DNA from: Selaginella moellendorffii
Taxonomy: Eukaryota; Plantae; Lycopodiophyta
NCBI RefSeq assembly: GCF_000143415.4
Contig: NW_003314319.1
Location: 1,199,219 to 1,263,218, forward strand
Direction: 5' to 3'
DNA length: 64,000 nt
The notes beneath the pieces are model-generated. The model had not been told where the DNA came from, ran no database searches, and worked only from the letters and a program-made list of their open reading frames with translations. A program made the position numbers and the translations under genes. Of the stretch, positions 52,301 to 64,000 are shown piece by piece. Positions within the stretch are counted from its first letter, which is position 1; each line of letters starts with the position of its first letter.

Positions 52301-53741
52301 GTGCACATGCATGTGTACGGCTGTTGTCATAAAGAATGAAAACTAGTTATGCCACATGATGCAAGTGTAAACGGCAACTTGTGGCAATAGGTTGAGCAAT
52401 AGAAGATAAACTCGAATCTGTATCAACCAATATAGAGAGAATAATAGGAGACCTCTTGTTATAAAAACGAGTTTGGAAAATAAACACTAAATGAACCAAT
52501 GCCGAGTGAACCCCTTGATGATACTCCCGAAAGAAAGATGGAGGGGTCATTGAATTATTTGCGCAAGGTCCCTTCATTACTCGCGCAACTTTTCGTTTCC
52601 CAGATGCATTGTAGTGTCTAGACCTTCCACTACAGCAACACCAACAAGATGTTGTTGATGCCAAGGTCTCCACCTAGGAAATGGAAGTTGCCAATCCAAA
52701 AAACGCCAACAATGCCAATAGGTATGCCTAACTTCATCACATGCCTAACAACAAACGTCATGGCCACGACCACGTCCTTGCCATTGTCCTTGGACTTGAG
52801 CAGCAGCAGTACCAACCTCCATTGGAACAGAACCATCGCTTACAGGAAGAGGAGCAAAAGGATGGGCAGCAAGAAGTGGATGAGGCGACGTCTCATAATG
52901 TTGTGCCAAGCAAAAAACATCGTCAAGAGTTGCTGGAGCAAGTGCATGCATAAGTTCGACAAGATCTTGATGTAGTGCTAGCCACAACATTCCTAGCTTA
53001 ATCCGCTCCGACATATTTGGCTCCGCACAAAGCAAAAGACTTCGAAAATGAAAGCCAAATTGCATCACCGACTCAGATGGCCTTTGGCGAAGATGATGTA
53101 ATTGTTGGAAGGCATCATCACAATCGTCGACATGTCCAAATGTGCGTTTGAAGACGTCTGGGAGAACACTCCAATCCCCACAAGTGGCTGCACTCAAACC
53201 ATTGTACCACTGCAACGCCATCCTTTGGAGACATGTGGGAAACTCATGCAAATGTCGAGTATCATCCCAAGAATGATATGTGGCAATCACTGTGAAGTGA
53301 TTGAACCAATAGTACACATCATCCCTAGGATTCCCACGAAAAAACTCCAACAGAATGTGAGGATTGGCACCAAGAGCAGGAGAAGTTGTACCACGTGCCA
53401 TGAATGCCACTATCAACTGAGTTTGGTTGTTCAATTGTAAGCACATAGCATTGTACCAACTACTGGAACAAAAAGGAAAGAGTGAAAGAAGAGGAATGAC
53501 AAAAGCTAGAAGGAAATAGAGATCTAGACAATGCAAAAAGCTAAATCTAAACCAAAATCCTGAAGGGAAAAAACAAATGGAAATACCTAGATGTAAACCA
53601 AAATCCCAAATCCAAACAATCCTCAGGGATAATCAAAAGTGCACATCACCTCCACCAATGTGATTGCATGGAATATGAAAAAGAATATAGAAAATGTACA
53701 TATCAATTAACCCATAAACCCTAGTTATATACAAGAGCGAG
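49382..53741 (-). mobile_element. Gypsy element B copy 2 (uninterrupted, decayed gag-pol)
   Basis: 3' LTR 49382-49557, PPT ~49561-49572, gag/pol remnants, PBS ~53647-53657, 5' LTR from 53659 into the gap. Confidence 0.92.
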
Positions 53742-53742
53742 N

Positions 53743-53987
53743 NNNNNNNNNNNNNNNNNNNNNNNNNNNNNNNNNNNNNNNNNNNNNNNNNNNNNNNNNN
53801 NNNNNNNNNNNNNNNNNNNNNNNNNNNNNNNNNNNNNNNNNNNNNNNNNNNNNNNNNNNNNNNNNNNNNNNNNNNNNNNNNNNNNNNNNNNNNNNNNNNN
53901 NNNNNNNNNNNNNNNNNNNNNNNNNNNNNNNNNNNNNNNNNNNNNNNNNNNNNNNNNNNNNNNNNNNNNNNNNNNNNNNNNNNNNNN
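53743..53987. other. Assembly gap
   Basis: Run of N. Confidence 0.99.
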
Positions 53988-56571
53988 ATGCTTATATTAT
54001 TAAATGTTTATATTGTTGTGATAACATTTATGATATTGTTAGCATATTTGAGTGGTTTTTCAACAGTAGAATAAGGAGTTATTACCTATCTTTGTAATGT
54101 TATAACACAATATATATTTTCAGTGTTCATGAAATTTCACTAAAGAGTAAAAATTGATATATTCTTACTGCTTTTTCTAAATGCCACACCATTAAAACTT
54201 CATTGGAGTACCTAAATAAAATTTTATAAACTTTAAATTTATTATATAAAATAAATAAATTTATGATATAATTGTTATGTTTACAATTATCTAAGGCAAA
54301 AATAAATTATAAAATTCAAATATATATATATAAAAGTTCCTTTTGAAATGAATATAATAGTTAATCCTTGTTCTAACTTTTTAAATTAATTGTAATCTAA
54401 AATAGAAAATGAGTAAATATATAGAGTTTCTAGTTTAACAACTACAACAAAGTCAATTGTCTTAGAAGACAATTGCAATGACATTGTTGTAAACAACAAA
54501 GTCAAACTACTTGCCAAATAGGAGGAATCTTTGCATAGGATAAATAAACCTCCTTAAATGGTATAATCTAGAAAGAGTTAAGCTGTAAAATCTCAAATTC
54601 ACAAATATTAGAACTAATAACATATACTTGATTAAGGCTTACACCATATAGAAGTATATATTTATTGGCTCACCCTTTAATAGGACAATGTATTCAATAA
54701 TTTTGAATGTCAAGAAATTAAGTAAATTTTGTTCAATTGGTAGACTTGCCTACACCAGTACCCATTGTGGAGTCACCAATGCAAAATTCTATGAGGCTAA
54801 AGGTGTTGGTTCTATTCTCATTGAGCTTAACAAATGGCACTATACGCATGTCCCAGAAATGCAAGAAAATTTGTTATCTATGAAAAGCCTTTTTTATACT
54901 ACTCTTCAATTTCCGGAGATCAACACAGTATTACTTTTTATTTTGATGTGGTCAAGGTGATGCACAGTACCTATTTACAAGTTTGATGCTATTTTAGTGC
55001 CTCTCCTTGTCAAAGAATCTAAGATGCACTGGTTCTAGCATAAAAAGTATGGAAGTAGAAATGTCGCATACACTTTGGGATTGCTTGCTGATCCTCTATC
55101 CCACCTCTTATTGGTTATGGACAAGATCAGGCTTTTTTCACATTAAAGCCTTCCTTTCTTAATAATGTTATGAAAGATCAGTAGTCCAGTGGTGCCTTGG
55201 TTCGAGCTATGCAAAAGAATATTTGTGATAGTTACTCATTTTATGCCCTAGATAACAATTGAAAGTTCGTGGCATTTGGTGCGGTGACAACTGGGACGCT
55301 TCCAGATAGAACAGAAAGTGGTAGTTCTGCACCATCAAGCTCCTGCTGCTCTCACTAGCAATAATCAAGAGGCACGAGAGATTTAGTTCTCCTGTGGCAG
55401 ATCAATGCGGGGGTGATCCTAGGGAACTGTAATCACCCCTTTGGCGCTTGTCAAAAGCCTCAACCACGCTCTGACAGTGAGGGTGGCGTCCTCCTTCGCA
55501 TAAACCTTTCATGTAGCCACCATGGAAGTCTGGCTAGTAAATATCCTTGATGCGTCTCAAGAATCGGGGTGATTTTTGGGTGCTAAAATCGGGAGGAGTA
55601 TCAAGCTCGCGCAGGACGGCAGTCTCTCCGAGAAAAAGCGGGCTTGTTTAATTCCCCCAAACCCACCAGGCACATGGAGAACTTCGTCCACTTGAGCTGC
55701 CTGAGGACGGAATTGCCTGTTCGTGACAGGAATGGATGGTGAATGTGTCCAAGCACAGCCCTGAACCTGGAAAGCACACCGAAAGCTTACAAAGTCTACT
55801 TCTCTGGAAGTTCATACCTCTCAACCTTGGTCCCTGAAAACGTATCCCGCCGCCAGGGCGCCAAACACAAGGTCAGCGTCGAGAAAGCTACACTGCGAGG
55901 AGGAGGAGGAGCGACAGGAGGAGCGCCTGCGATCGATCATGTCTTGTCAATGGAATCAGACGAGACAAGAGAATCAGCTGCCAGGGCTGGAGCCGCCGCT
56001 GCGCCGATAGGCCAGGAAATGGATTATCACAGCTGCCGCAGTCTCCAGCTTGCCCACGTCAATCTGCGCAAGGCTGAGGTGCTCCAGCGTCGCGATGCCA
56101 GAGCATCCGCATTGATGATCGACGATGATTCAGTATTTGGTATTTACAAATATCGGGAAGAGAATCGAACCCGAAACGTTTGTTTTGGGAGACCGATGTC
56201 CTAAATGACTGGTCTAAGCTGTTTTTGTGAGCCGGCGAACCAGAATAATGGCTCCTTATTTAGCAAATTTTTTGCATAAAAGTCCTTGTTGAGTGGACCC
56301 TTCGGCATCGAACCCAGGTCTTCTACAACGGTTTACCTCTACACTTACCTGATAGCCATCATCTCGACAACCAGGTTCCCGTAATAAAAAAATCATACCA
56401 TGTACTTGAACCATATGACAGGGGTCTTTGCGAAATCCATGGCGTTTTTGTTAGATCGCCCACCAGACGAGATTATCCCCCGCATTTGTGCTGCTCGGTG
56501 TTTCGTCCTTGGCAAAGCCCCCTCTTGGGTTGTGAATCGATCATTGTGGTAATGGATCGTCAAGAGTTATG

Positions 56572-57268
56572 GCCTGGGTTGCAATAGAAACTCGCTGAGC
56601 AATCTCCACAGCCGCAGGAGCTTTGCGATCTTCTGCTGGTGTGAATCTCATCAGTCCCAAAACTCCATGTTTCGGCAATCCAACGAAACCTGTAGCGTGT
56701 GGCCATTCAAACGAACATACCTCGGTATCATCCTCGGCTGCCTCGATGCCTGGAGAGTAACAGTCCCGGGAAGAACCATCATTTGCCCGAAACGAAATCA
56801 CGATGGATCTGAAGAGAAGAAGAGCGGAAGCTACGATGGTGGATGACTCTCAGGATAATCGTATATATCAGAGCTATATATACAGGATGAAGAGACACAC
56901 CTCTAGCCTACACCTGGATCAGTGAAGTGGCACTCCTGCCACCTAGGATCATGTCATTGAGAGCATATACCTCAACAGGATCCCCTTGCATTCCCGCTGC
57001 CAGCCAAGTACCAGCTTGTGTAGAACTGAGCCCGAGCCGGAGACCAATCCACCGGGGCTGTCCAAGTGATGCCGAGATCAAGCTCGCTGTGTGTGCCAGC
57101 AAAAGAGAGCCTGAGGAGGACGCGAACACCCGACTTGGAGCAGGGCTGAGACTGAAAACACGACTGTCCACGAAGTTGATGCCTGTTTCTTCGCTGAGAT
57201 CTCCAGCCAAGTGCTTCGCCAAGCTCTCCTCCAGCTCCAGATAGACACTACTTGTAGTTGCAAGCGGG
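56572..57268 (-). pseudogene. PIGT: Third, more diverged PIG-T fragment with an internal insertion (~56810-56975)
   Basis: Homologous to 48650-49200 (ATTSSVYLELEESLAKHL, ISFRANDGSSRDC, MRFTPAEDRKAPAAVEI). Confidence 0.75.
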
Positions 57269-59706
57269 CTTGGCGGCGAGCTGCGCGATCAGATCGCCCA
57301 CGCCCCAGCGCTCGTTGTTCCATCGCCCTTGCCATTTCTTTGATTCGAAACTTCCGGACCTGTTCCAAGCGATTCTTTCATCATTGTTTCGGGATTTGAG
57401 GAAGATCGACAAAAGAAAGGGCAAAAGGAGGATAGGGTTCGATTTTACCTCTCAAAAGCCTCGACCACTGAGAAACGTACTTGGAGTAAGAGTTCGCACC
57501 CTTGGAGGCATGGAGGGCAATGAGATCACTCTTCTGAAGGCCATGGGTGTTTGCACTGTGCTGGGAGATTCTCTCCAAGGGCAAGTAAATCTGTGCTTGA
57601 ATTCTTTCTAGTAGTTGAGTTTATATGTTGAGATGCATTTGATTGAGCGGGATGAAACATGATGATCACTGTCTATGTGTCGCATGAGTGTGGTAAGCAA
57701 GCAATCCACCTCTATGCATACTTGTGTCTGGAAGGGTTCTTATTAGTTGAGCAATAGTCTTGAAGTGCAATTATGTTTTAGTGGAGTTTTAAGCCTTGGA
57801 CGATTGTCATTTAGCACATATACTTGGCATGGAAAGTTGCAATATACATTTCTGATAGAGCAAAATGCAGGCCTAAGATAAAAAAAGATCACCTTCTCAT
57901 GGCTTTAGATGCTTGTTTTTTTCTTGAAGTTCTTTGAACTGATAATCACATTTATAAGTTGTAGTCGGTTATGGGTTGGATTTTTCTCTTTAAGTGGAAA
58001 ATTTATGGAAAATGCAGGGATGCATACAATGTGTTTGACAGCATGTGCTATAAAATAAAGGTGATCATTTGAATTGTCATAGTTACTGGACATGCTCAAT
58101 GTGAACATTATTTACAGCAAGGTGAAGGAAAATAAAAGAATGAATTGCATAGTCTATGCAAAAATTTCATAATGAATTGATTCAAGTCTTTTAACCACAA
58201 AAGAGATCAGAACCTCTTGGTAAAATTGATAGTAGCCTGAAAAGATATTACTAATGTAGTGCACCTTATCTCTCTCCCCTTAAGCCAACTGGAAAAAGGG
58301 CAATTGCTTTATGAGAGAGCCCTTAGTGGCTATTTTATCCCCATTTATCCCCCAAGGTTCCAAGGATCCATGGTGACAGTATATCTAAATCTCATCCCAT
58401 GATCACATGCGCTACAACTAAATAATAAGAAAATTTATTATAACTAGGAATGCCCTTAGTGAAGTTGGGAATTTTGCTTACCATTCTCATATATTTAAAA
58501 CCAAAGAGCCCATTAGCAAATAAGTTTTGAATTTTCTTACAATGCCCTAACACTAAATGCAATGTGATTGTAGCCCTCTTAACACACACATTTTTTCTAT
58601 TTTTGCAAAGTGATTCTATTTCTTTTTCATATATGGGGTAATTTATCTTTTAACTATTGGGCAGGAATATTGCACACTTTTGTGGCTTTTACATTTTAAT
58701 ATGTTAGGATGTATTATAAAGATTTATTAAATTTAGCATCAAATAGAACAAATAACAATTCTCATTGTACCACCCTCTAGAGACTAGGTAGTTGTAAGTA
58801 ATCAAAGATAACAGAATTACATTATATATTGAGAATTACATGACAGAGAATTACATCATATGTTGAGAATTACATGACAGAGAATTACACTACATGTTAA
58901 AATTGACATTTAGTAAATTTAATTTGCTTTCAATTAAGTTCAACATAAATGGTAGGGTGTCAAAAGAGCAAAGCTCTTGGGAAAGTTGTGGCTTTCAACT
59001 TCCATTTACGAGCATGAACTTGTAAGGAAGTATAGTAAATTATAAGTAATTAAAAAGAACGAATTGAGAGACAATCTATAATTCAAATATAGAGGGAAAT
59101 AACAAAAGTACACCCTTTTTTCCAATTAGTTTGGGATACTTAGGGGGTTAAAACGTCTTAGGTTTGAGTATTGGGATATTTGGGGGTTAAGTCTCCTTAT
59201 GTTTGAGTAATACTAGGCTCGGTGGCCTCTCAAAAAATCTAAATTCAAGAAATGGTATATTTCTCACTCATCTATATAGCATGATTTTAAATTTAGTTCT
59301 CTTAAATATATTGAGCATAACAATTTTAGATCTGATTCTCTTAAATACATTGACCATGACACAATTGAGAAATGAGACTATGGTTATTTCCTCCTACTAC
59401 ATTAGCACAAAATTATTTTTCTTTTTATAAAGCTTTGTGATTTTTTTTCAATTTATCAATACTCTAGATTTTAGATGTGATTCTGAGGATAAGGAGAAAG
59501 CCATCCTTTGAGGGAGGACAAAAAGTTAGCAGGTCTTTATATTAAATATCTATAAATCCATTTAGTAAATTCTTATGAAATATGATTGTCTAACAATCTT
59601 TTTATTTATAATTTCTAATATATGAGAGATATTGTAATTTGAATTTCTATAATAAATCCACTAAAAACTATTAGTGAAATATAACTTTATATAAACTCCT
59701 GAGTTT

Positions 59707-62700
59707 AAGCTCTATTTCGTTAAAGTGGGATTTATTCAGTAAAATGGGACTAGGTACAAATTTTCAAGTATTTGAAAATGACATGAAATTATATGTTTTT
59801 TGTCCAGGGGCTAGACATATCTGGGGCATGGTGACTAGCGCAGTGAGTTTGTGTCCAGACTAAGTCCATCTGGTTGTATAATAAATCTCATTGTCAAGGT
59901 GAACAAGCCGAATCTGAAGCTAAAGAAGAGCGATGGCATGCGCGCACACACTATTTGTTTGTTCATTGAGCGTGTGGTAAGCTTTCCAAGATGAACGTCA
60001 TTCCTATTAGCCAAACATATAACTTAATGGTGAGAACATTTAGATATTATTCAATGTTATCTTTTTCTAACGAATCTAATTGTGAAGGTGTAGCAAGAGG
60101 CATTGCTAGTCTGGAGAAGTCATTTAACTCATTTGACCCTTAGTGTATTTTCATGAAACTAAATAACATTCATATTATTAAGGAATTTCTCTAGTACCTT
60201 TTTTTTACGACATAGAAGCTTGCATTTCTTTCAAAGGTGATTTAGTAAAAGGCCTGAGGGCACATGCCATTCTATTTCTCAGACCGGTATTAAGATATAC
60301 TAGTGCAAAGGGAAAAAGGTATTTGGTGATCAAGTAAATGGTATGAGGGCACACGCCATTATAAGCTTAAGCGCTAGTGGACACCTCCTTTTTGGTACTC
60401 TCAGCGGTACTATCATCCTTCTCCGGGTCAGTTGTTTTGCTTTCGATTGTTGTCTCTGACGTTACTGGGGCGTTCTCGATAGTTGTTAATGTTGCCGTTT
60501 GTTCAGAAAAATGATCACTTGGAGTATAGTACGGGGAGTTTGGAAGACTTATATATTCTACATCTTCACCTATCTCCTTCTCCGTCTCCTTTTCTGCCTC
60601 ACTTACAGATTTTGTGCTTGCCATGAGAACGCTCTTCACCCTAAAATATGGAGTTCGTTGTGTTATAAAAGGAAACCAACACACACGCTGCAAGGGAATG
60701 ATGGTACATAAAGCACGTAAGCCCACAATATGGGTTTATGTGCCATTAATATGGGCCACACGCCATATTATTAGATTTATGCACGTGTGATTGGTAAATG
60801 CATATGTCACATCATCTTTGTTTTACCTCACACACTATATCAGGCCTAATGAACCATATCACATGTGCGCACATGCTATATATATGGAGAAGTATTATGC
60901 AAGGATAGAAATTCAATGCATGATTGTGGAGAGCAATGGCATGAAGCCACATGCTAAATAACATTTTAGAGAAAGAATTAAAATAGAAACATGCAAACAG
61001 TACTGAGTGGACCAAGACTTAGAAGTGCACAATTGAATGAGGTATTTCTAATAAATATTTCACTCACCTCATATAGGAATGGCTACCACTCTCAAATGGC
61101 GTATCGCCTCATGCCATCACCTCGCAATTTGTTATAACAATCCGATGAATTCATATTCGGCTTGTTCACCTTGAACTTTAAGTAAGATTTGCTAGAACAA
61201 CTAAGAATTTATACTTGTTATTTGTATCATCTCACCGTAAGGCCACATGCCATCACGCCTCCTCTGATTCAGATTCGGATTGTTCACCTTGAAATAAAAT
61301 ACATTAGAAACTTAGTAAAGGAATATTAATGAATCTCACCTTGAACCCGGGTTATGAATGCTCTTGCTGCATCTCTTGCATGGTCTGGCAAGGTGATGGT
61401 GGCACTCTGCTTCCGCATCCAACCATGCACAACATTATCCACCGATATGCTCATGCTGGGATCCCTTGGATTCAGCACCCATCTCTTTTCTAGGCAATCC
61501 TTCGTATATCCGGAACTTGGCTTGAACCACTCCACAGTTACATTGAAGGAGTTAGTTTCTGCGTCCTCCTCTGCATCAGTGATGCAACGCCCCACCCATA
61601 TCATTTGTTTTTTATTACTGGGTCTAACAAGCACGACCATTCCTTTGCAGACCTGTACTGGATTGAATGCTGAATCCGGCTTCTTGTTCCTCGGCCCACA
61701 ATAGTGATCCTCAACATCGTTATCTGTCACTGCATTTCTAGAGGACATTGTTTTGCTACTATCTGGTGCTCTGGGTTCTGGCCAAAAGGACTCTTCCAAT
61801 TCTTCATATACAACCGGCCCATTTTGGATAGCAGATATAATCTTCTCCCAGTATTCGAGCAAAGGCTTGCACCTCTGAAAATAGGATTCTCCACCAAACA
61901 CCAACCCCCTCTTCCAGAAGGCAATATGCTGTCTAATCCCGGCCACTATACTTTCCTGGTCTTTGAGTCCATCCGGGTGCATCGGCCGTGGGGAACCCTG
62001 AGGAATCATAGGTTCCCCAGTTATGGGATCTCTCTTGAAGAGTTTAATGCCGTCCACTGGCAGCCACACTGTGTCCCATTCTCTCATCTTGTACCTCATC
62101 ACTGGAGCACCGTCACGCATGCTGAAATGAAACTGAAGAGGCTTGGAGTGGCCAATCAGCGTTTCGGATCCGTCCCTGATGTAGCCTCTTACAAACCCCT
62201 TAAAGTCTGGAACCTCTGTCACAAGTGCAGCTTCAACAGTGCCTTTGATGCAATTTTGGAATTCATCGTAGAGTTGTGGGAGGGTGAGGACATTGGATCG
62301 CCGGAGGGACTCTGCCAGGTGACTGAACATGGCATCGACGTCTTCATGAGTGTGCCCAACCATGAGAAAGCCAAGTGTAACCATTTCAAATATGCCTTTG
62401 GCAACAAGCATCGCCAAGTACGCGAAGACGTACATGTTTTTGTTCTCACTGCCAGCATTGTCTGTTTGGAGCAGAAGATGGGGTGGAAGGCCACATCGGC
62501 CGCAAGAACTTCCTTGAGATTCTGCTTCGTTTGGATGAGGCTGTGCATTCACCGGGCGACCAGCCTCGTCGGAATGGCATGAGGCCTCACGTGATAACCC
62601 TACAATCTGACGGCCAACATATTCACTGGGATGGCATGGGGCCCCACGCAATACTGCAAGCCTTTGCTCCTCCTCCAGCTAAACCCTGTATGGGGTTCGA

Positions 62701-63610
62701 TTGACAAGGGCCTTATGCAAGGGTTGGCCGTTCAGCTCAGTCTGTGCACTTTGCAAAGACCTTAAGTGTTTTGCTAGGGACGCAATCATCATGTTTGCAC
62801 CCCCGCCACCCCATAGAGGTACAAAGAAGTTACCATAGTTCTGGGCACCATGCCCATGAGTGATTATGCCAAACAGAGACACAGGCAGCTGCATGGATGA
62901 AGAGATTGCCTTGGGGGCAGGATTGAGTCGAGGTAAGCATGTCTTTTTCTGGTCCATTTTGTCGTGGATGATGTAGAGGTAAGAGTCAGGTCTCTCCATG
63001 GAGAGAATCCTATTATGATAATATGCAGTCATACAGCTTCTCTGCTCGATGTTGTGGTCGAGCCGCCTTCTAACCAACGTCTCTCGCTCTTGAGCGATGC
63101 AAGAATTCTTCGATAAAGCCATTTTGATAGCAGTGCACTCATCACACTTTGAAAAGCTGGAGTACTTTCCTATACTCACATCCCTGAACCTGTTGCTCCA
63201 CAATCTACTAAATCTAGATTGGCTCAGCTTCCTGTAGCCATTACTCTGGAGTTCCCGATTCACATCTTCCAATATGGCCCCCTTGGTATACATGGAAGGG
63301 AGAACTCGTTGGGTGTCTCGTGTTCCATCTTCCAAGAGGCGGGTTTTATGTGGTTGCTACTCGCTACATTTCTTGACAAACCTCTTGAAGATTGCCTCTC
63401 CATATACAACATGACCCCTGGTTTTGTGCGTACCGTGGTTCCCATGGACTGCCTGTTGAACCCTTTGTTCCTCGAACTCAGTTTTGATTCTGTAGAATGT
63501 GGTTCGAGGGACTCCATAAATGATTCTCCATGCCTTCATGCAGACCAAACCCCTCTGGAAGACCATGCCCCCCACCTGATGTTCTGAAGCATCAACAGAT
63601 GACCATCAAA
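59707..63610. mobile_element. DNA transposon C copy 2 (left TIR plus most of the transposase; other end not seen)
   Basis: Starts AAGCTCTATTTCGTTAAAGTGGGA at 59707. Colinear and highly similar to 22333-24830. Confidence 0.92.
61340..63605 (-). pseudogene. Sola-like DDD transposase of element C (one frame, two premature TAG stops)
   Basis: ORFs 63357-63575, 62679-63335 and 61326-62651 are in the same frame. Motifs VCMKAWRIIYG..HGN, FSKCDEC, IIHDKMDQ, LQTDNAGSENKN, FLMVGHTHEDVDAMFS. Probable terminal intron from ~61339. Confidence 0.85.
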
Positions 63611-64000
63611 TATACCTTCTCACCTTCACTTATAGTTTGCATGATGTAGATAGCTCTTCTCATCATGTTCTCAAATAGTTCTGGTAGTCCTTTCTTTTTG
63701 TTCATCAAGCAGATATTAAGGAAATCCAGAGTTTCTATCTGTCATTTATACGGAAGCTTCAATTTTGCGATATTATAAATTATATCATCTGGAGTTTTGT
63801 TCACTACAAAAGTAAATATGCATAATTGAGAAAAATGAAGTGTGATAAGAAACTTACATTCATGAAAAGAAATTTCAGCTATAGTCTCTAGCCACTCCTT
63901 CGGCCTACAATTGTCTGCAATGTATCTTAGTTTCTTCAACTTTGAAGAATTTACATGCTGAATTTTATGCTCAATTTGTACGAACTCAATTGAGAGCTGC
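63611..64000 (-). pseudogene. Inverted duplicate of exons of the 41688-44590 gene
   Basis: Reverse complement of ~44090-44470 (KKLRYIADN..PKEWLETIAEIS; VNKTPDDIIYNIAKLKLPYK). Confidence 0.85.

Noticed and set aside
55743-56204. ORF of 153 aa (and paralogous 38129-38662) as a functional gene
   Set aside because: No recognisable domain; the two copies differ by indels and have different C-termini. The coding strand cannot be determined.
56300-56325. B-box-like GGGTTCGATGCC on the minus strand as a SINE or tRNA
   Set aside because: Single short match with no A-box, tail or TSD.

Overview
Repeat-rich eukaryotic DNA, very probably from a land plant. Support: a TTTAGGG tract, an iMet PBS, plant-like PIG-T fragments and short 38-60 nt GT-AG introns; a compact lycophyte/bryophyte-type genome is an inference. 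The window is a nested transposon cluster with no intact host gene. (1) A chromodomain-bearing Ty3/Gypsy element (2081-7578) has a Tf1-like self-priming PBS. (2) A decayed short-LTR Gypsy element 'B' occurs twice in inverted orientation with the same PIG-T pseudogene flank. (3) Two full non-coding LTR elements 'A' (TSDs AAGGG and CATAT) are nested in B, and two further single A LTRs are present. (4) The most notable feature is a 10.1-kb TIR DNA transposon 'C' (22333-32429; 24-bp TIRs, 4-bp TSD TTCC), with a second copy from 59707. It has a Sola-like DDD transposase and a divergently oriented multi-exon cargo gene (methyltransferase-like fold + acidic tract + FCP1/SCP-like HAD phosphatase). It is studded with about 20 copies of a fixed-spacing palindrome TGGCRTG-N6-CAYGCCA in introns, UTRs, the promoter region and protein linkers. 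This may be an undescribed transposon self-recognition or anti-silencing system. The rest comprises a ParB-like-domain pseudogene, PIG-T fragments, a fold-back inversion, AT-rich DNA and two assembly gaps.
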